This document shows, in pieces, positions 48,946 through 58,916 of a stretch of 64,000 nt of DNA. A program made the translations under genes and the position numbers. Below the pieces are notes generated by a model. The model made no database searches. It was not told the DNA's origin and worked only from the letters and a program-made list of their open reading frames with translations. The first letter of the stretch is position 1. Each line of letters opens with the position of its first letter. The DNA is from Roseateles sp. Lineage in GTDB: Bacteria; Pseudomonadota; Gammaproteobacteria; Burkholderiales; Burkholderiaceae_C. The stretch spans positions 1,717 through 65,716 of the forward strand of contig JBKBVY010000002.1 of NCBI GenBank assembly GCA_046289335.1, in the 5' to 3' direction.

Positions 48946-49217
48946 GGCTTGTCGCCCTCCGGCTCGGACTCGGGGGGGAGGTAGGGGTCGCCGGGCGCGT
49001 GGCCGCGGATGGCCCGCATGGCTTCGTCGGTGTCGGCGAAGCCGTCCAGCTTGAAGCGCCCGCGCAGCTTGGCGAGTGCGTCGTCAACGTTCTTGCGCAG
49101 GATGATGCGCCCGCCGTCCAGCTCGACCTTGAGCGTGGTGCCCTTGGTCAGGCCCAGGGCATCTCGGACGGCTTTGGGCAGCGTGATCTGCCCGCGTTCG
49201 GCAACGGTGGCTTCCAT
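48942..49217 (-). CDS. vapB: AbrB/MazE/SpoVT family antitoxin
   Basis: ATVAERGQITLPKAVRDALGL...GRIILRK. Confidence 0.88.
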   Translation of the reverse strand: MEATVAERGQITLPKAVRDALGLTKGTTLKVELDGGRIILRKNVDDALAKLRGRFKLDGFADTDEAMRAIRGHAPGDPYLPPESEPEGDKP

Positions 49218-49256
49218 GGCGCCTCCAGCGGCTGGGCGCAACGGCGGTGGCGCTCA

Positions 49257-49293
49257 GGTATGCATCAAAAAGTATGCATCCATTCTACATACC
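49257..49293 (-). promoter_or_regulatory. TA operator/promoter
   Basis: Two GTATGCATC copies (palindromic ATGCAT cores) at 49258-66 and 49272-80, next to a minus-strand TAGAAT at 49282-87. Confidence 0.6.
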
Positions 49294-49320
49294 GAAGCCG
49301 GTGGGCTTCAAGGCGCGCGC

Positions 49321-49899
49321 CTACCGCGTGGTGGGCGAAATGCCCAGGCTGCTCTGGGCCGTCGCGGCGGCCTCGGCCTCGGGGTTGGCCAGCTTGGCGG
49401 CCTTGGCGGCCGCAATCAGCTTTTCCTGCTCCGGGTGGATGCATTCGTCCAGCAGGCGCTGGCCGATCTTGGTGTCCAGCAGCATGGACTTGTTGGCGAT
49501 CTGGATCATCAGCGTGCGGCCCGTCACGTCCTCCAGGCGCAGGGCGCCGGTGGACGACAGCACTGGCTTCATCGTGATGAGCTGCTTCTTCCAGGCCACG
49601 TTGATGTAGCCCGCCATCTTGGGGTGCTTGTCGATATGCACGCTTTCCTTGAACTCGCAGGCGTAGTCGCCGATGTAGGCGCGCTCGGCCGCGGCCAGCT
49701 GGGCTTCATCGGCGTCGGCCAGCACGGGCTCGGGCGGGGGCGGCGGCGCCTTCTTGGCCACGGTCTGGGGCTTGGCCTTGGCCTTGACGGCTGCGGGCTT
49801 GGTGGGTGCGGGTTTGGTGGCCGGGGCCTGGGCAAGTGCCGGCAGCGCGGCGCCCAGGATCAAGGCGGCGGCGCAGCCGCGGAGCTTGGAGGACAGCAT
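49321..49899 (-). CDS. hypothetical exported protein
   Basis: Signal peptide, Ala/Pro/Lys-rich linker, small beta domain with two Cys. Confidence 0.75.
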   Translation of the reverse strand: MLSSKLRGCAAALILGAALPALAQAPATKPAPTKPAAVKAKAKPQTVAKKAPPPPPEPVLADADEAQLAAAERAYIGDYACEFKESVHIDKHPKMAGYINVAWKKQLITMKPVLSSTGALRLEDVTGRTLMIQIANKSMLLDTKIGQRLLDECIHPEQEKLIAAAKAAKLANPEAEAAATAQSSLGISPTTR

Positions 49900-50008
49900 C
49901 GGGGAGGGGGAGGGGACAAGGCGGCGAATGATGGCGGCAAACCGGCTGGGCCGCCGTGAGCGAATGTAGTCATTGTCCGACCTACACGGACGGCCCGGCG
50001 CCCGTGCT

Positions 50009-51010
50009 TTACCCGATGGCCGCTGGGAAGAAGGCCCGCCGAGCCTCGTCGGGCATGGGGCTGCCGGTGCGCTGGGCGCGCTCCAGCACGGTCCAGAAGT
50101 AGCGATAGCTGGCCCGGTCGTGCAGGCGGTCGCGAAAGGCCATGGGCGCCCAGTGCCGGGCCTGGGCGGTCAGCAGCAGCTCCGCCGCCTCGGCCACCTC
50201 GTCGGCCGCCGGTGCGAAGGCCTGGACGATGGGGCGGATCTGGTCGGGATGGATGCTCCACATGCGCGTGTAGCCGAACTCGCGCGCGGCGCGCCGGGCG
50301 GCGGCCGCCAGCCGCTCGGTGTCGCGGAACTCGGTGACGACGCAGTGCGACGGCGTCTTGCCGAAGGCGTGGGCGGCAGCGGCGATTTCCAGCTTGGCGC
50401 GCACGACCAGCGGGTGTTCGAACTGGCCGGGCAGCTCCATCGCGGTCTTGGGGATGGCGCCGCCGTGGGCCGAGACGAAGTCCATCAGGCCGAAGGACAG
50501 CGATTCGATGCGGGGATGCGCGGCGATGCGGAAGACCTCGCGCAGCGCGCCATGGGTTTCGATGAGGACTTGCAGCGGCAGCCGGGGCGCGCCGTGGCGC
50601 GCGCAGGCCGCGTCGATGGCGGCGACCGCGCGCTCGACGTCATCGGCGCTGTCGGGCTTGGGGATCATCAGATAGGCCAGGCGGCGGCCGGCCTTGCCGA
50701 TCAGCGTGTCCACATCGGCCTCGAAGGCGGCATGGCCCCAGGGGTGGACGCGCGCGCCGACGCGGCCGAAGCGGTTGGCGGCGCTGGTCGCCAGCTCGGC
50801 GATCAGCAGCGCGTGCTCGGCCTCGCCGCCGACGGGCGCGCCGTCCTCGGCGTCCAGCGTGATGTCGAACACCGGGCCCAGCTCGGCCTGCAGGGCCAGG
50901 CTCTTCCTCATGCGCGCCTCGACGCCGCAGTAGTGGTCCACGACCGGCAGCCCGGGCGGTGGGGCTTCATGGCCGAACAAGGCCTGACGGGGATGGAGCA
51001 GATCGTTCAT
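50009..51010 (-). CDS. HpcH/HpaI aldolase / citrate lyase beta (CitE-like) family protein
   Basis: TLDAEDGA, MIPK, LIET, FGLMDF, WSIHPDQI. Confidence 0.88.
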   Translation of the reverse strand: MNDLLHPRQALFGHEAPPPGLPVVDHYCGVEARMRKSLALQAELGPVFDITLDAEDGAPVGGEAEHALLIAELATSAANRFGRVGARVHPWGHAAFEADVDTLIGKAGRRLAYLMIPKPDSADDVERAVAAIDAACARHGAPRLPLQVLIETHGALREVFRIAAHPRIESLSFGLMDFVSAHGGAIPKTAMELPGQFEHPLVVRAKLEIAAAAHAFGKTPSHCVVTEFRDTERLAAAARRAAREFGYTRMWSIHPDQIRPIVQAFAPAADEVAEAAELLLTAQARHWAPMAFRDRLHDRASYRYFWTVLERAQRTGSPMPDEARRAFFPAAIG

Positions 51011-51017
51011 TGCAATG

Positions 51018-51043
51018 AAAAAGGGTCGGCGATGCCGACCCTT
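51018..51043 (-). terminator. intrinsic terminator after mdh
   Basis: Minus strand AAGGGTCGGC-ATC-GCCGACCCTT-TTT. Confidence 0.75.
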
Positions 51044-51065
51044 CGGAGTGGGACGCGCGGCCCGA

Positions 51066-52052
51066 TTACAGCAGGTGCTTGACGCCGTCCTGCTCGTCCA
51101 GCAGTTCCTTCAGCGTCTTGTTGATGCACTCCTGCGAGAACTCGTCGATGCTGATGCCCTCGACGATCTTGTACTCGCCGCCTTCACAGGTGACCGGGTA
51201 GCCGAACATGACTTCCTTGGGGATGCCGTATTCGCCGTTCGACGGGATGCCCATCGTGACCCACTTGCCGTTGGTGCCCAGGGCCCAGTCGCGCATGTGG
51301 TCGATGGCGGCGTTGGCGGCCGAGGCGGCCGACGACAGGCCGCGGGCGGCGATGATGGCTGCGCCACGCTTGCCCACGGTGGGCAGGAAGACCTCGCGGT
51401 TCCACTGTTCGTCGTTGATCAGCGCCTTGACCGACTGGCCCTCGATGGTGGCGTTGCGGTAATCGGCATACATCGTCGGCGAGTGGTTGCCCCAGACGGC
51501 CAGCTTCTCGATGGCGCCGACCGGCTTGCCGGTCTTGGCGGCGATCTGCGAGGCGGCGCGGTTGTGGTCCAGGCGCAGCATGGCGGTGAAGTTCTTGGCC
51601 GGCAGATCGGGGGCCGACTTCATCGCGATGTAGGCATTGGTGTTGGCCGGGTTACCGACCACCAGCACCTTGACGTTGCGCGAGGCGACGGCGTTCAGGG
51701 CCTTGCCCTGCACCGTGAAGATTTGGGCGTTGGCGGCCAGCAGGTCGGCGCGCTCCATGCCGGGGCCGCGCGGACGTGCGCCGACCAGCAGCGCATAGTC
51801 GGTGTCCTTGAAGGCGGTCATCGGGTCGCTGTGGGCCTCGACGCCGGCCAGCAGCGGGAAGGCGCAGTCTTCCAGTTCCATGATGACGCCCTTGAGCGCG
51901 TTCTGGGCCTTCTCGTCGGGGATCTCCAGCAGCTGCAGGATGACGGGCTGGTCCTTGCCTAGCATTTCGCCGGAGGCGATGCGGAACAGCAGGGCGTAGC
52001 CGATCTGGCCGGCAGCGCCGGTGACGGCGACGCGAACGGGTTTCTTGCTCAT
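51066..52052 (-). CDS. mdh: malate dehydrogenase
   Basis: [37 protein letters not shown]. Confidence 0.98.
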   Translation of the reverse strand: MSKKPVRVAVTGAAGQIGYALLFRIASGEMLGKDQPVILQLLEIPDEKAQNALKGVIMELEDCAFPLLAGVEAHSDPMTAFKDTDYALLVGARPRGPGMERADLLAANAQIFTVQGKALNAVASRNVKVLVVGNPANTNAYIAMKSAPDLPAKNFTAMLRLDHNRAASQIAAKTGKPVGAIEKLAVWGNHSPTMYADYRNATIEGQSVKALINDEQWNREVFLPTVGKRGAAIIAARGLSSAASAANAAIDHMRDWALGTNGKWVTMGIPSNGEYGIPKEVMFGYPVTCEGGEYKIVEGISIDEFSQECINKTLKELLDEQDGVKHLL

Positions 52053-52116
52053 GGAAATCTCCGAGGGGCAGTTGAGAAAAGCTGAGGGCGAATCCCGTCA
52101 AGTGTACGGGCTTGCC

Positions 52117-52131
52117 CTGTGCTGCAATGCG
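52117..52131 (-). promoter_or_regulatory. 15-bp motif upstream of mdh (copy 1)
   Basis: Minus strand CGCATTGCAGCACAG; 14/15 identical to 52875-52889. Confidence 0.5.
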
Positions 52132-52133
52132 CC

Positions 52134-52862
52134 ATGCCCGCAACCAAGCCCCGCCCGCCCGCTCCGCTTTACGAGCAGATTCGCCAGCTCATCGTCGCCG
52201 CGCTGGCCGCCGGCGAATGGCGGCCGGGCGATGCCCTGCCCAGCGAGGCGGCGCTGGCCGAGCGCTTCGCGGCCAGCCCCGGCACGGTGCGCCGCGCGCT
52301 GGACGAACTGGCCGCCGCCAACCTGGTGGAGCGGCGGCAGGGCAGCGGCACCTTCGTGTCCACCCATGCCGCGCCGCGCCAGCCGTTTCGCTTCCTGCGC
52401 CTGGTGCCCGACGACGCCAACGAGGTGTTCACGCGCGAGCTGCTGGGCTGCAGGCGGCTGCGGGCCAGCGCCGAGGTGGCGCGGGCGCTGGCGCTGCGCC
52501 CAGCCGAGCCGGTCATCGAGGTGCGCCGGCTGCTGCATCGCCGCGGCCGACCTGTCGTACTTGATGAACTGTGGCTTGCGGAACGACATTTCGAAGGGTT
52601 GAGCGCAGAAGTGATCGCGGGCCATTCGGGGGCGCTGTACGCGCTTTTCGAGGCCCGCTTCGGGGTCCACATGGTCCGCGCCGAGGAGAAGCTGCGCGCG
52701 GTCGGCGCCTCGCCCGAGGCGGCCCGGCTGCTGCAGGTGCCCGAGGGGCAGCCGCTGCTGAGCGTGCAGCGCCTGGCCTTCACCTATGGCGACCGGCCGG
52801 TCGAGCTCCGGCACGGGCTGTACCACACCGACCGCGATCACTACCGCAACGAGTTGAACTGA
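52134..52862 (+). CDS. GntR family (HutC/UTRA) transcriptional regulator
   Basis: PLYEQI, LPSE, GTVRRAL, RQGSGTFV; UTRA C-terminal domain; usual position between mdh and sdhC. Confidence 0.92.
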   Translation: MPATKPRPPAPLYEQIRQLIVAALAAGEWRPGDALPSEAALAERFAASPGTVRRALDELAAANLVERRQGSGTFVSTHAAPRQPFRFLRLVPDDANEVFTRELLGCRRLRASAEVARALALRPAEPVIEVRRLLHRRGRPVVLDELWLAERHFEGLSAEVIAGHSGALYALFEARFGVHMVRAEEKLRAVGASPEAARLLQVPEGQPLLSVQRLAFTYGDRPVELRHGLYHTDRDHYRNELN

Positions 52863-52874
52863 AGCTGACGATGA

Positions 52875-52889
52875 CGCAGTGCAGCACAG
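52875..52889 (+). promoter_or_regulatory. 15-bp motif upstream of sdhC (copy 2)
   Basis: CGCAGTGCAGCACAG, upstream of TAGAAT at 52916-21. Confidence 0.5.
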
Positions 52890-52955
52890 ACGCCAGTCGG
52901 TTATAGCCTTGGCCCTAGAATCGTTTGGTTTCACACCGATTACGCAGGGCCGACC

Positions 52956-53384
52956 ATGACGGAAAGCGCAAAGACAAGACCCGTATACCGAAACATCCAC
53001 GTCACCCAGATCCTGTCTTACCGCCTGCCTCCGGCGGGCATCGTCTCCATCCTGCATCGCATCAGCGGGCTGCTGATGTTCCTGCTGCTGCCCTTCGTGG
53101 TGTGGATGCTGGATGCCAGTCTCAGTACCGAGATTTCCTACGACGGCTTCACCAACGTCTTCGCGGCGGGCGTGGCCGGGTTGCCGGCTTGGTTCATCAA
53201 GCTGGTCACGCTGGGCCTGATCTGGGCCTACCTGCACCACTTCATCGCCGGCGTGCGCCACCTGTGGATGGATGCGACGCACAGTGTCAGCAAGGCCCAA
53301 GGCCAGAGCTCGGCGCTGATCACGCTGGTGCTGAGCGTGGCGCTCACGCTGCTGCTGGGCGCCAAGCTGTTCGGCCTGTACTGA
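52956..53384 (+). CDS. sdhC: succinate dehydrogenase cytochrome b556 subunit
   Basis: SILHRISG, HHFIAGVRHL. Confidence 0.95.
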   Translation: MTESAKTRPVYRNIHVTQILSYRLPPAGIVSILHRISGLLMFLLLPFVVWMLDASLSTEISYDGFTNVFAAGVAGLPAWFIKLVTLGLIWAYLHHFIAGVRHLWMDATHSVSKAQGQSSALITLVLSVALTLLLGAKLFGLY

Positions 53385-53405
53385 GCTTCCGAGGAGAACA
53401 ACAAG

Positions 53406-53765
53406 ATGAGCACTTTCGGCTCCAAGCGCCTCGTCGTGGGCGCGCATTACGGTCTGCGTGACTGGCTGGCCCAGCGCATCACGGCCGTGTTGATGGCGGT
53501 GTTCACCGTCGCCGTGCTGGCGCGCTTCCTGATGCCCGGCGAGCTGGGCTACGACCACTGGTATCAGGTGTTCGCGCCGCAGTGGATGAAGCTGCTGACC
53601 TTCATCGCCATCCTGTCGCTGGCCTACCACGCGTGGGTGGGCGTGCGCGATATCTGGATGGACTACGTCAAGCCCGTCGGTGTCCGGCTGGCCCTGCAGG
53701 TGTTTTCTATCGTGTGGCTGCTCGGCTGTGCCGGCTGGGCGGTCCAGGTGTTGTGGAGACTGTGA
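53406..53765 (+). CDS. sdhD: succinate dehydrogenase membrane anchor
   Basis: DWLAQRITA, HAWVGVRDIWMDY. Confidence 0.95.
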   Translation: MSTFGSKRLVVGAHYGLRDWLAQRITAVLMAVFTVAVLARFLMPGELGYDHWYQVFAPQWMKLLTFIAILSLAYHAWVGVRDIWMDYVKPVGVRLALQVFSIVWLLGCAGWAVQVLWRL

Positions 53766-53766
53766 G

Positions 53767-55557
53767 ATGACGGCAAAGATTTCGACCCGCAAGTTCGACG
53801 TGGTCATCGTCGGGGCCGGTGGCTCCGGCATGCGGGCCTCGCTGCAGCTGGCGCTGGCCGGCCTGAACGTGGCCGTGCTGTCCAAGGTCTTCCCGACCCG
53901 CTCCCACACCGTCGCTGCTCAAGGCGGCATCGGCGCCTCGCTGGGCAACATGAGCGAGGACAACTGGCATTACCACTTCTTCGACACCGTCAAGGGCTCG
54001 GACTGGCTGGGTGACCAGGACGCCATCGAGTTCATGTGCCGCGAGGCGCCCAAGGTCGTCTACGAGCTGGAGCACTTCGGCATGCCGTTCGACCGCAACC
54101 CGGACGGCACCATCTACCAGCGCCCCTTCGGCGGCCACACGGCCAACTACGGCGAAAAGCCCGTGCAGCGCGCCTGTGCCGCGGCCGACCGTACCGGCCA
54201 CGCCATGCTGCACACGCTCTACCAGCAGAACGTGAAGGCACGCACGCAGTTCTTCGTCGAGTGGATGGCCCTGGACCTGATCCGCGACGCCGAAGGCGAC
54301 GTGGTGGGCGTCACGGCGCTCGAGATGGAGACCGGCGAGATCCACATCCTTCACGCCAAGTCGGTGCTGCTGGCCACCGGCGGCGCCGGGCGCATCTTCG
54401 CGGCCTCCACCAATGCCTTCATCAACACCGGTGATGGCCTGGGCATGGCGGCACGTGCCGGCATTCCGCTGGAAGACATGGAGTTCTGGCAGTTCCACCC
54501 CACCGGCGTGGCCGGTGCGGGCGTGCTGCTGACCGAAGGCTGCCGTGGCGAAGGCGCCATCCTGCGCAACGCCAACGGCGAACGCTTCATGGAGCGCTAC
54601 GCGCCGACGCTGAAGGATCTGGCACCGCGTGACTTCGTGTCGCGCTGCATGGACCAGGAGATCAAGGAAGGTCGCGGCTGCGGTCCCAACAAGGACTACG
54701 TGGTGCTGGACATGACGCACCTGGGTGCCGAGACCATCATGAAGCGGCTGCCCTCGGTGTTCGAGATCGGCCACAACTTCGCCAACGTCGACATCACCAA
54801 GGAGCCCATCCCGGTCGTGCCCACCATCCACTACCAGATGGGCGGCATCCCGACCAACATCCACGGCCAGGTGGTGGTGCCGAAGAACGGCAACCCCAAC
54901 GAGGTGGTCAACGGGCTGTATGCGGTGGGCGAGTGCTCCTGCGTCAGCGTGCACGGCGCCAACCGGCTGGGCACCAACTCGCTGCTGGACCTGCTGGTGT
55001 TCGGCCGTGCGGCCGGCAACCACATCGTCGACTTCGCGTCGCGTACCAAGGCCCACAAGCCGCTGCCGGCGGATGCCGCCGACCGTTCGCTGGCGCGCGT
55101 GGCGCGGCTGGACAGCAGCACCTCGGGCGAGTACGCGCAGGACGTCGCCAACGACATCCGCAGCACCATGCAGAAGCATGCCGGCGTGTTCCGCACCCAG
55201 GCGTCCATGGACGAGGGCGTGGTCAAGATCGCGGCGCTGGCCGAGCGCGTCAAGTCCATCACCCTGAAGGACAAGTCCAAGGTCTTCAACACCGCCCGCA
55301 TCGAGGCGCTGGAGGTGGAGAACCTCATCGAGAGCGCACAGGCCACGATGGTGTCCGCCGCGGCACGCAAGGAAAGCCGCGGTGCCCACACCGTGAACGA
55401 CTACGGCGACACGCCCGAGCATCCCAACGGCCGCAACGATGCCGAATGGATGAAGCACACGCTGTGGTACTCCGAAGGCAACCGGCTGGACTACAAGCCC
55501 GTCAACCTCAAGCCGCTGACGGCCGCCTCCATTCCGCCCAAGGTTCGCACCTTCTGA
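53767..55557 (+). CDS. sdhA: succinate dehydrogenase flavoprotein
   Basis: GAGGSG, RSHTVAAQGG, QFHPT, HGANRLG. Confidence 0.98.
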   Translation: MTAKISTRKFDVVIVGAGGSGMRASLQLALAGLNVAVLSKVFPTRSHTVAAQGGIGASLGNMSEDNWHYHFFDTVKGSDWLGDQDAIEFMCREAPKVVYELEHFGMPFDRNPDGTIYQRPFGGHTANYGEKPVQRACAAADRTGHAMLHTLYQQNVKARTQFFVEWMALDLIRDAEGDVVGVTALEMETGEIHILHAKSVLLATGGAGRIFAASTNAFINTGDGLGMAARAGIPLEDMEFWQFHPTGVAGAGVLLTEGCRGEGAILRNANGERFMERYAPTLKDLAPRDFVSRCMDQEIKEGRGCGPNKDYVVLDMTHLGAETIMKRLPSVFEIGHNFANVDITKEPIPVVPTIHYQMGGIPTNIHGQVVVPKNGNPNEVVNGLYAVGECSCVSVHGANRLGTNSLLDLLVFGRAAGNHIVDFASRTKAHKPLPADAADRSLARVARLDSSTSGEYAQDVANDIRSTMQKHAGVFRTQASMDEGVVKIAALAERVKSITLKDKSKVFNTARIEALEVENLIESAQATMVSAAARKESRGAHTVNDYGDTPEHPNGRNDAEWMKHTLWYSEGNRLDYKPVNLKPLTAASIPPKVRTF

Positions 55558-55587
55558 CGCCCGCACGGCCCGTCGAAAGCAAACACC

Positions 55588-56292
55588 ATGACCAAGCGTA
55601 CGTTCCAGATTTACCGCTACGACCCGGACAAGGACGCCAAGCCCTACATGCAGACCCTGGAGGTCGAACTGGACGGCTCCGAGCGCATGCTGCTGGATGC
55701 CCTGATGAAGCTCAAGGCGCTGGATCCCAGCCTGAGCTTCCGCCGCAGCTGCCGCGAAGGCGTCTGCGGCTCGGACGCCATGAACATCAACGGCAAGAAC
55801 GGTCTGGCCTGCCTGACCAATATGCGCACGCTGCCGGGCACCGTGGTGCTCAAGCCGCTGCCCGGCTTGCCGGTGGTGCGGGACCTGATCGTCGACATGA
55901 CGCAGTTCTTCAAGCAGTACCACTCGATCAAGCCCTACCTGGTCAACGACAACATTCCGCCGGACACTGAGCGTCGCCAGTCGCCCGAGGAGCGTGACGA
56001 GCTCAACGGCCTGTACGAATGTATCCTGTGTGCCAGCTGCTCCACCAGCTGCCCCAGCTTCTGGTGGAACCCCGACAAGTTCGTCGGTCCGGCCGGCCTG
56101 CTGCAGGCCTACCGCTTCATCGCCGACAGCCGCGATGAAGCCACCAACGAGCGCCTGGACAACCTGGAAGATCCGTACCGCCTGTTCCGCTGCCACACCA
56201 TCATGAACTGCGTGGACGTCTGCCCCAAGGGTCTGAACCCCACTAAGGCCATCGGCAAGATCAAGGAGCTGATGGTGCGCCGCGCCGTCTGA
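55588..56292 (+). CDS. sdhB: succinate dehydrogenase iron-sulfur subunit
   Basis: SCREGVCGSD, CILCASCSTSCP, CHTIMNCVDVCP. Confidence 0.98.
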   Translation: MTKRTFQIYRYDPDKDAKPYMQTLEVELDGSERMLLDALMKLKALDPSLSFRRSCREGVCGSDAMNINGKNGLACLTNMRTLPGTVVLKPLPGLPVVRDLIVDMTQFFKQYHSIKPYLVNDNIPPDTERRQSPEERDELNGLYECILCASCSTSCPSFWWNPDKFVGPAGLLQAYRFIADSRDEATNERLDNLEDPYRLFRCHTIMNCVDVCPKGLNPTKAIGKIKELMVRRAV

Positions 56293-56297
56293 CCGCC

Positions 56298-56570
56298 GTG
56301 AGTGACCTGCTGGCCCCGATGATCGACGAACGCGCGCTGTCCAAGCTGCGCTGGCGCTGCCGCCGGGGCCTGCTCGAGAACGACTTGTTCATCGAGCGTT
56401 TCTTCAACAGTCATCCGCAAGGCGTCACGGTCAAGCAGGCTGACGGCCTGACTGCGCTGATGGACCTGTCCGACAACGACCTGCTTGACCTGTTACTGCG
56501 CCGCAAGGAACCCAGTGGTGAAATCGACACCGCTGCGGTGCGCGAGGTTCTCGCCGAGCTGCGCACCTGA
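56298..56570 (+). CDS. sdhE: SDH flavinylation/assembly factor
   Basis: WRCRRGLLEND motif. Confidence 0.9.
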   Translation: MSDLLAPMIDERALSKLRWRCRRGLLENDLFIERFFNSHPQGVTVKQADGLTALMDLSDNDLLDLLLRRKEPSGEIDTAAVREVLAELRT

Positions 56571-56600
56571 ACCGCTTTTCAATACCCTAAGGACTGCACC

Positions 56601-57911
56601 ATGACCCCGTCCGACGTGAAAGCCACCCTGTCGTTCTCCGACGGCAGCCCCTCGATGGACCTGCCGCTCTACAAGGGCAGCATCGGCCCGGATGTCATCG
56701 ACATCCGCAAGCTCTACGCCCAGACCGGCAAGTTCACCTACGACCCCGGCTTCCTGTCGACGGCCTCGTGCAATTCGACCATCACCTACATCGATGGCGA
56801 CAAGGGTGAGCTGCTGTACCGCGGCTATCCCATCGAGCAGCTCGCGGTGAACTGCGACTACCTCGAGACCTGCTACCTGCTGCTGTACGGAGAGCTGCCC
56901 AACGAGGCGCAGAAGGCGGACTTCGAGTACCGCGTCATGCACCACACGATGGTGAATGAGCAGATGCAGTTCTTCCTGCGCGGCTTCCGCCGTGACGCCC
57001 ACCCGATGGCCGTCATGACGGGCCTGGTGGGCGCGATGTCGGCCTTCTATCACGACAGCACCGACATCAATAACCCCGAGCACCGCGAGATCGCGGCGAT
57101 CCGTCTGATCGCCAAGATGCCCACGCTGGTGGCCATGGCCTACAAGTACACGATCGGCCAGCCCTACATCTACCCGAAGAACGACCTCAGCTACGCCGGC
57201 AACTTCATGCGCATGATGTTTGCCACGCCGTGCGAGGAGTACAAGCCCAACGACGTGCTGGTGCGCGCGATGGACCGCATCTTCACGCTGCACGCCGACC
57301 ACGAGCAGAACGCGTCCACCTCGACCGTGCGCCTGTGCGGCTCGTCGGGCACCAACCCGTTCGCGGCCATCGCGGCCGGCGTGGCCTGCCTGTGGGGCCC
57401 TGCGCACGGCGGCGCCAACGAGGCCTGCCTGAACATGCTGGGCGACATCCAGAAGGCTGGCGGCGTTGCGCGCATCGGCGACTTCATCAGCAAGGTCAAG
57501 GACAAGAACTCCGGCGTCAAGCTGATGGGCTTCGGTCACCGCGTCTACAAGAACTACGACCCGCGCGCCAAGCTGATGCGCGAGACCTGCCACGAGGTGC
57601 TGGGCGAGCTGGGTCTGCAGAACGACCCGCTGTTCGAGCTGGCCATGAAGCTGGAGAAGATCGCGCTGGAAGACGAGTACTTCGTCGCCCGCAAGCTCTA
57701 CCCGAACGTGGACTTCTACTCGGGCATCGTGCAGCGCGCCATCGGCATCCCGGTGCCGCTGTTCACGGCCATCTTTGCGCTGGCCCGCACGGTCGGCTGG
57801 ATCGCCCAGCTCAATGAGATGATCGGCGACCCCGAGTACAAGATCGGCCGCCCGCGCCAGCTCTTCGTCGGCGCCGCACCGCGCGACGTGAAGCCCATCG
57901 GTCAGCGCTGA
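56601..57911 (+). CDS. gltA: citrate synthase (type II)
   Basis: [33 protein letters not shown]. Confidence 0.98.
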   Translation: MTPSDVKATLSFSDGSPSMDLPLYKGSIGPDVIDIRKLYAQTGKFTYDPGFLSTASCNSTITYIDGDKGELLYRGYPIEQLAVNCDYLETCYLLLYGELPNEAQKADFEYRVMHHTMVNEQMQFFLRGFRRDAHPMAVMTGLVGAMSAFYHDSTDINNPEHREIAAIRLIAKMPTLVAMAYKYTIGQPYIYPKNDLSYAGNFMRMMFATPCEEYKPNDVLVRAMDRIFTLHADHEQNASTSTVRLCGSSGTNPFAAIAAGVACLWGPAHGGANEACLNMLGDIQKAGGVARIGDFISKVKDKNSGVKLMGFGHRVYKNYDPRAKLMRETCHEVLGELGLQNDPLFELAMKLEKIALEDEYFVARKLYPNVDFYSGIVQRAIGIPVPLFTAIFALARTVGWIAQLNEMIGDPEYKIGRPRQLFVGAAPRDVKPIGQR

Positions 57912-57931
57912 TCGGCCTCGCGCGTCACGCG

Positions 57932-57960
57932 AACCCCTCGGCCACCCCCGAGGGGTTTTT
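57932..57960 (+). terminator. intrinsic terminator after gltA
   Basis: AACCCCTCGG-CCACCC-CCGAGGGGTT-TTT. Confidence 0.8.
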
Positions 57961-57974
57961 CGTTTGGAGCCTTG

Positions 57975-58895
57975 ATGACCGTTCCCGAGATCCTCGTCCT
58001 TGGCAGCGTCAACCGCGACCTCATCGTGCATGCGCCGCGTCTGCCCCTGCCGGGCGAGACCTTGCGCGGCCAGCGCTTCGGCTCCTGCCTGGGCGGCAAG
58101 GGCGCCAACCAGGCGGTGGCTGCCGCGCGGCTGGGTGCCCGGGTGGCGCTGGCCGCGCGTGTGGGCCTGCAGGAGAACGGCGCGGCCATGGTGGCGCAAC
58201 TGAGCGGCGAGGGCGTGGACACCCGCTTTGTCGCACAGCCGGCCGACGAGGTGCCCGGCGTGGCCCTCATCGTCGTCGGCGCCGAGGACGGCGAGAACCA
58301 GATCGTCACCGTTGCCGGCTCCAACGGCACGCTGCCGCTGGCGCAGGTCGAGGCACTGGACCTCACCGGTCTGCGCTGGCTGGTCGCGCAGCAGGAGCTG
58401 CCGCTGGAGAGCGTGGCCCGGGCCTTTGAGCGTGCCCATGCGGCCGGTGTGAAGACGCTGCTGAATGCCGCGCCCTATCGCCCCGGCTGCGAGGCGCTGC
58501 TGTCGCGGGTGGACCTGCTGGTCGTCAACGCGCTGGAAGCCCAGGCCCTGGTCACGACGCTGGGCGGCGGCGCGGCCGAGCCCGAGGTGCTGGCGCAGGC
58601 GTTGCGCGCACAGGGCCCGGCGGCGGTGTTGGTATCGCTGGGGGCACAAGGGCTTTGCTGGGTGGATGCCCAGGGCACGCTCCGCGTGCCGGCGCGCGCC
58701 GTCCAGGCCGTCGACACCGTAGGCGCCGGTGACACCCTGGTCGGCGCACTGGTGACCGCGCTGGCCGAGGGCCAGCCTATCGCGAGGGCGCTCACATTTG
58801 CGCAGGCCGCCGCGGCTCTGGCCGTGTCGCGCCCCGGCGTGCAGGACGCCATGCCTCGCCGCGAGGAAGTCGAGCAACTGCTCGCCCGTAACTGA
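57975..58895 (+). CDS. rbsK: ribokinase / PfkB family sugar kinase
   Basis: GSVNRDL, GGKGANQAVAAARLG, GENQI, AVDTVGAGD. Confidence 0.8.
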   Translation: MTVPEILVLGSVNRDLIVHAPRLPLPGETLRGQRFGSCLGGKGANQAVAAARLGARVALAARVGLQENGAAMVAQLSGEGVDTRFVAQPADEVPGVALIVVGAEDGENQIVTVAGSNGTLPLAQVEALDLTGLRWLVAQQELPLESVARAFERAHAAGVKTLLNAAPYRPGCEALLSRVDLLVVNALEAQALVTTLGGGAAEPEVLAQALRAQGPAAVLVSLGAQGLCWVDAQGTLRVPARAVQAVDTVGAGDTLVGALVTALAEGQPIARALTFAQAAAALAVSRPGVQDAMPRREEVEQLLARN

Positions 58896-58916
58896 ATCCC
58901 ACAAGGAGAACGAGAA

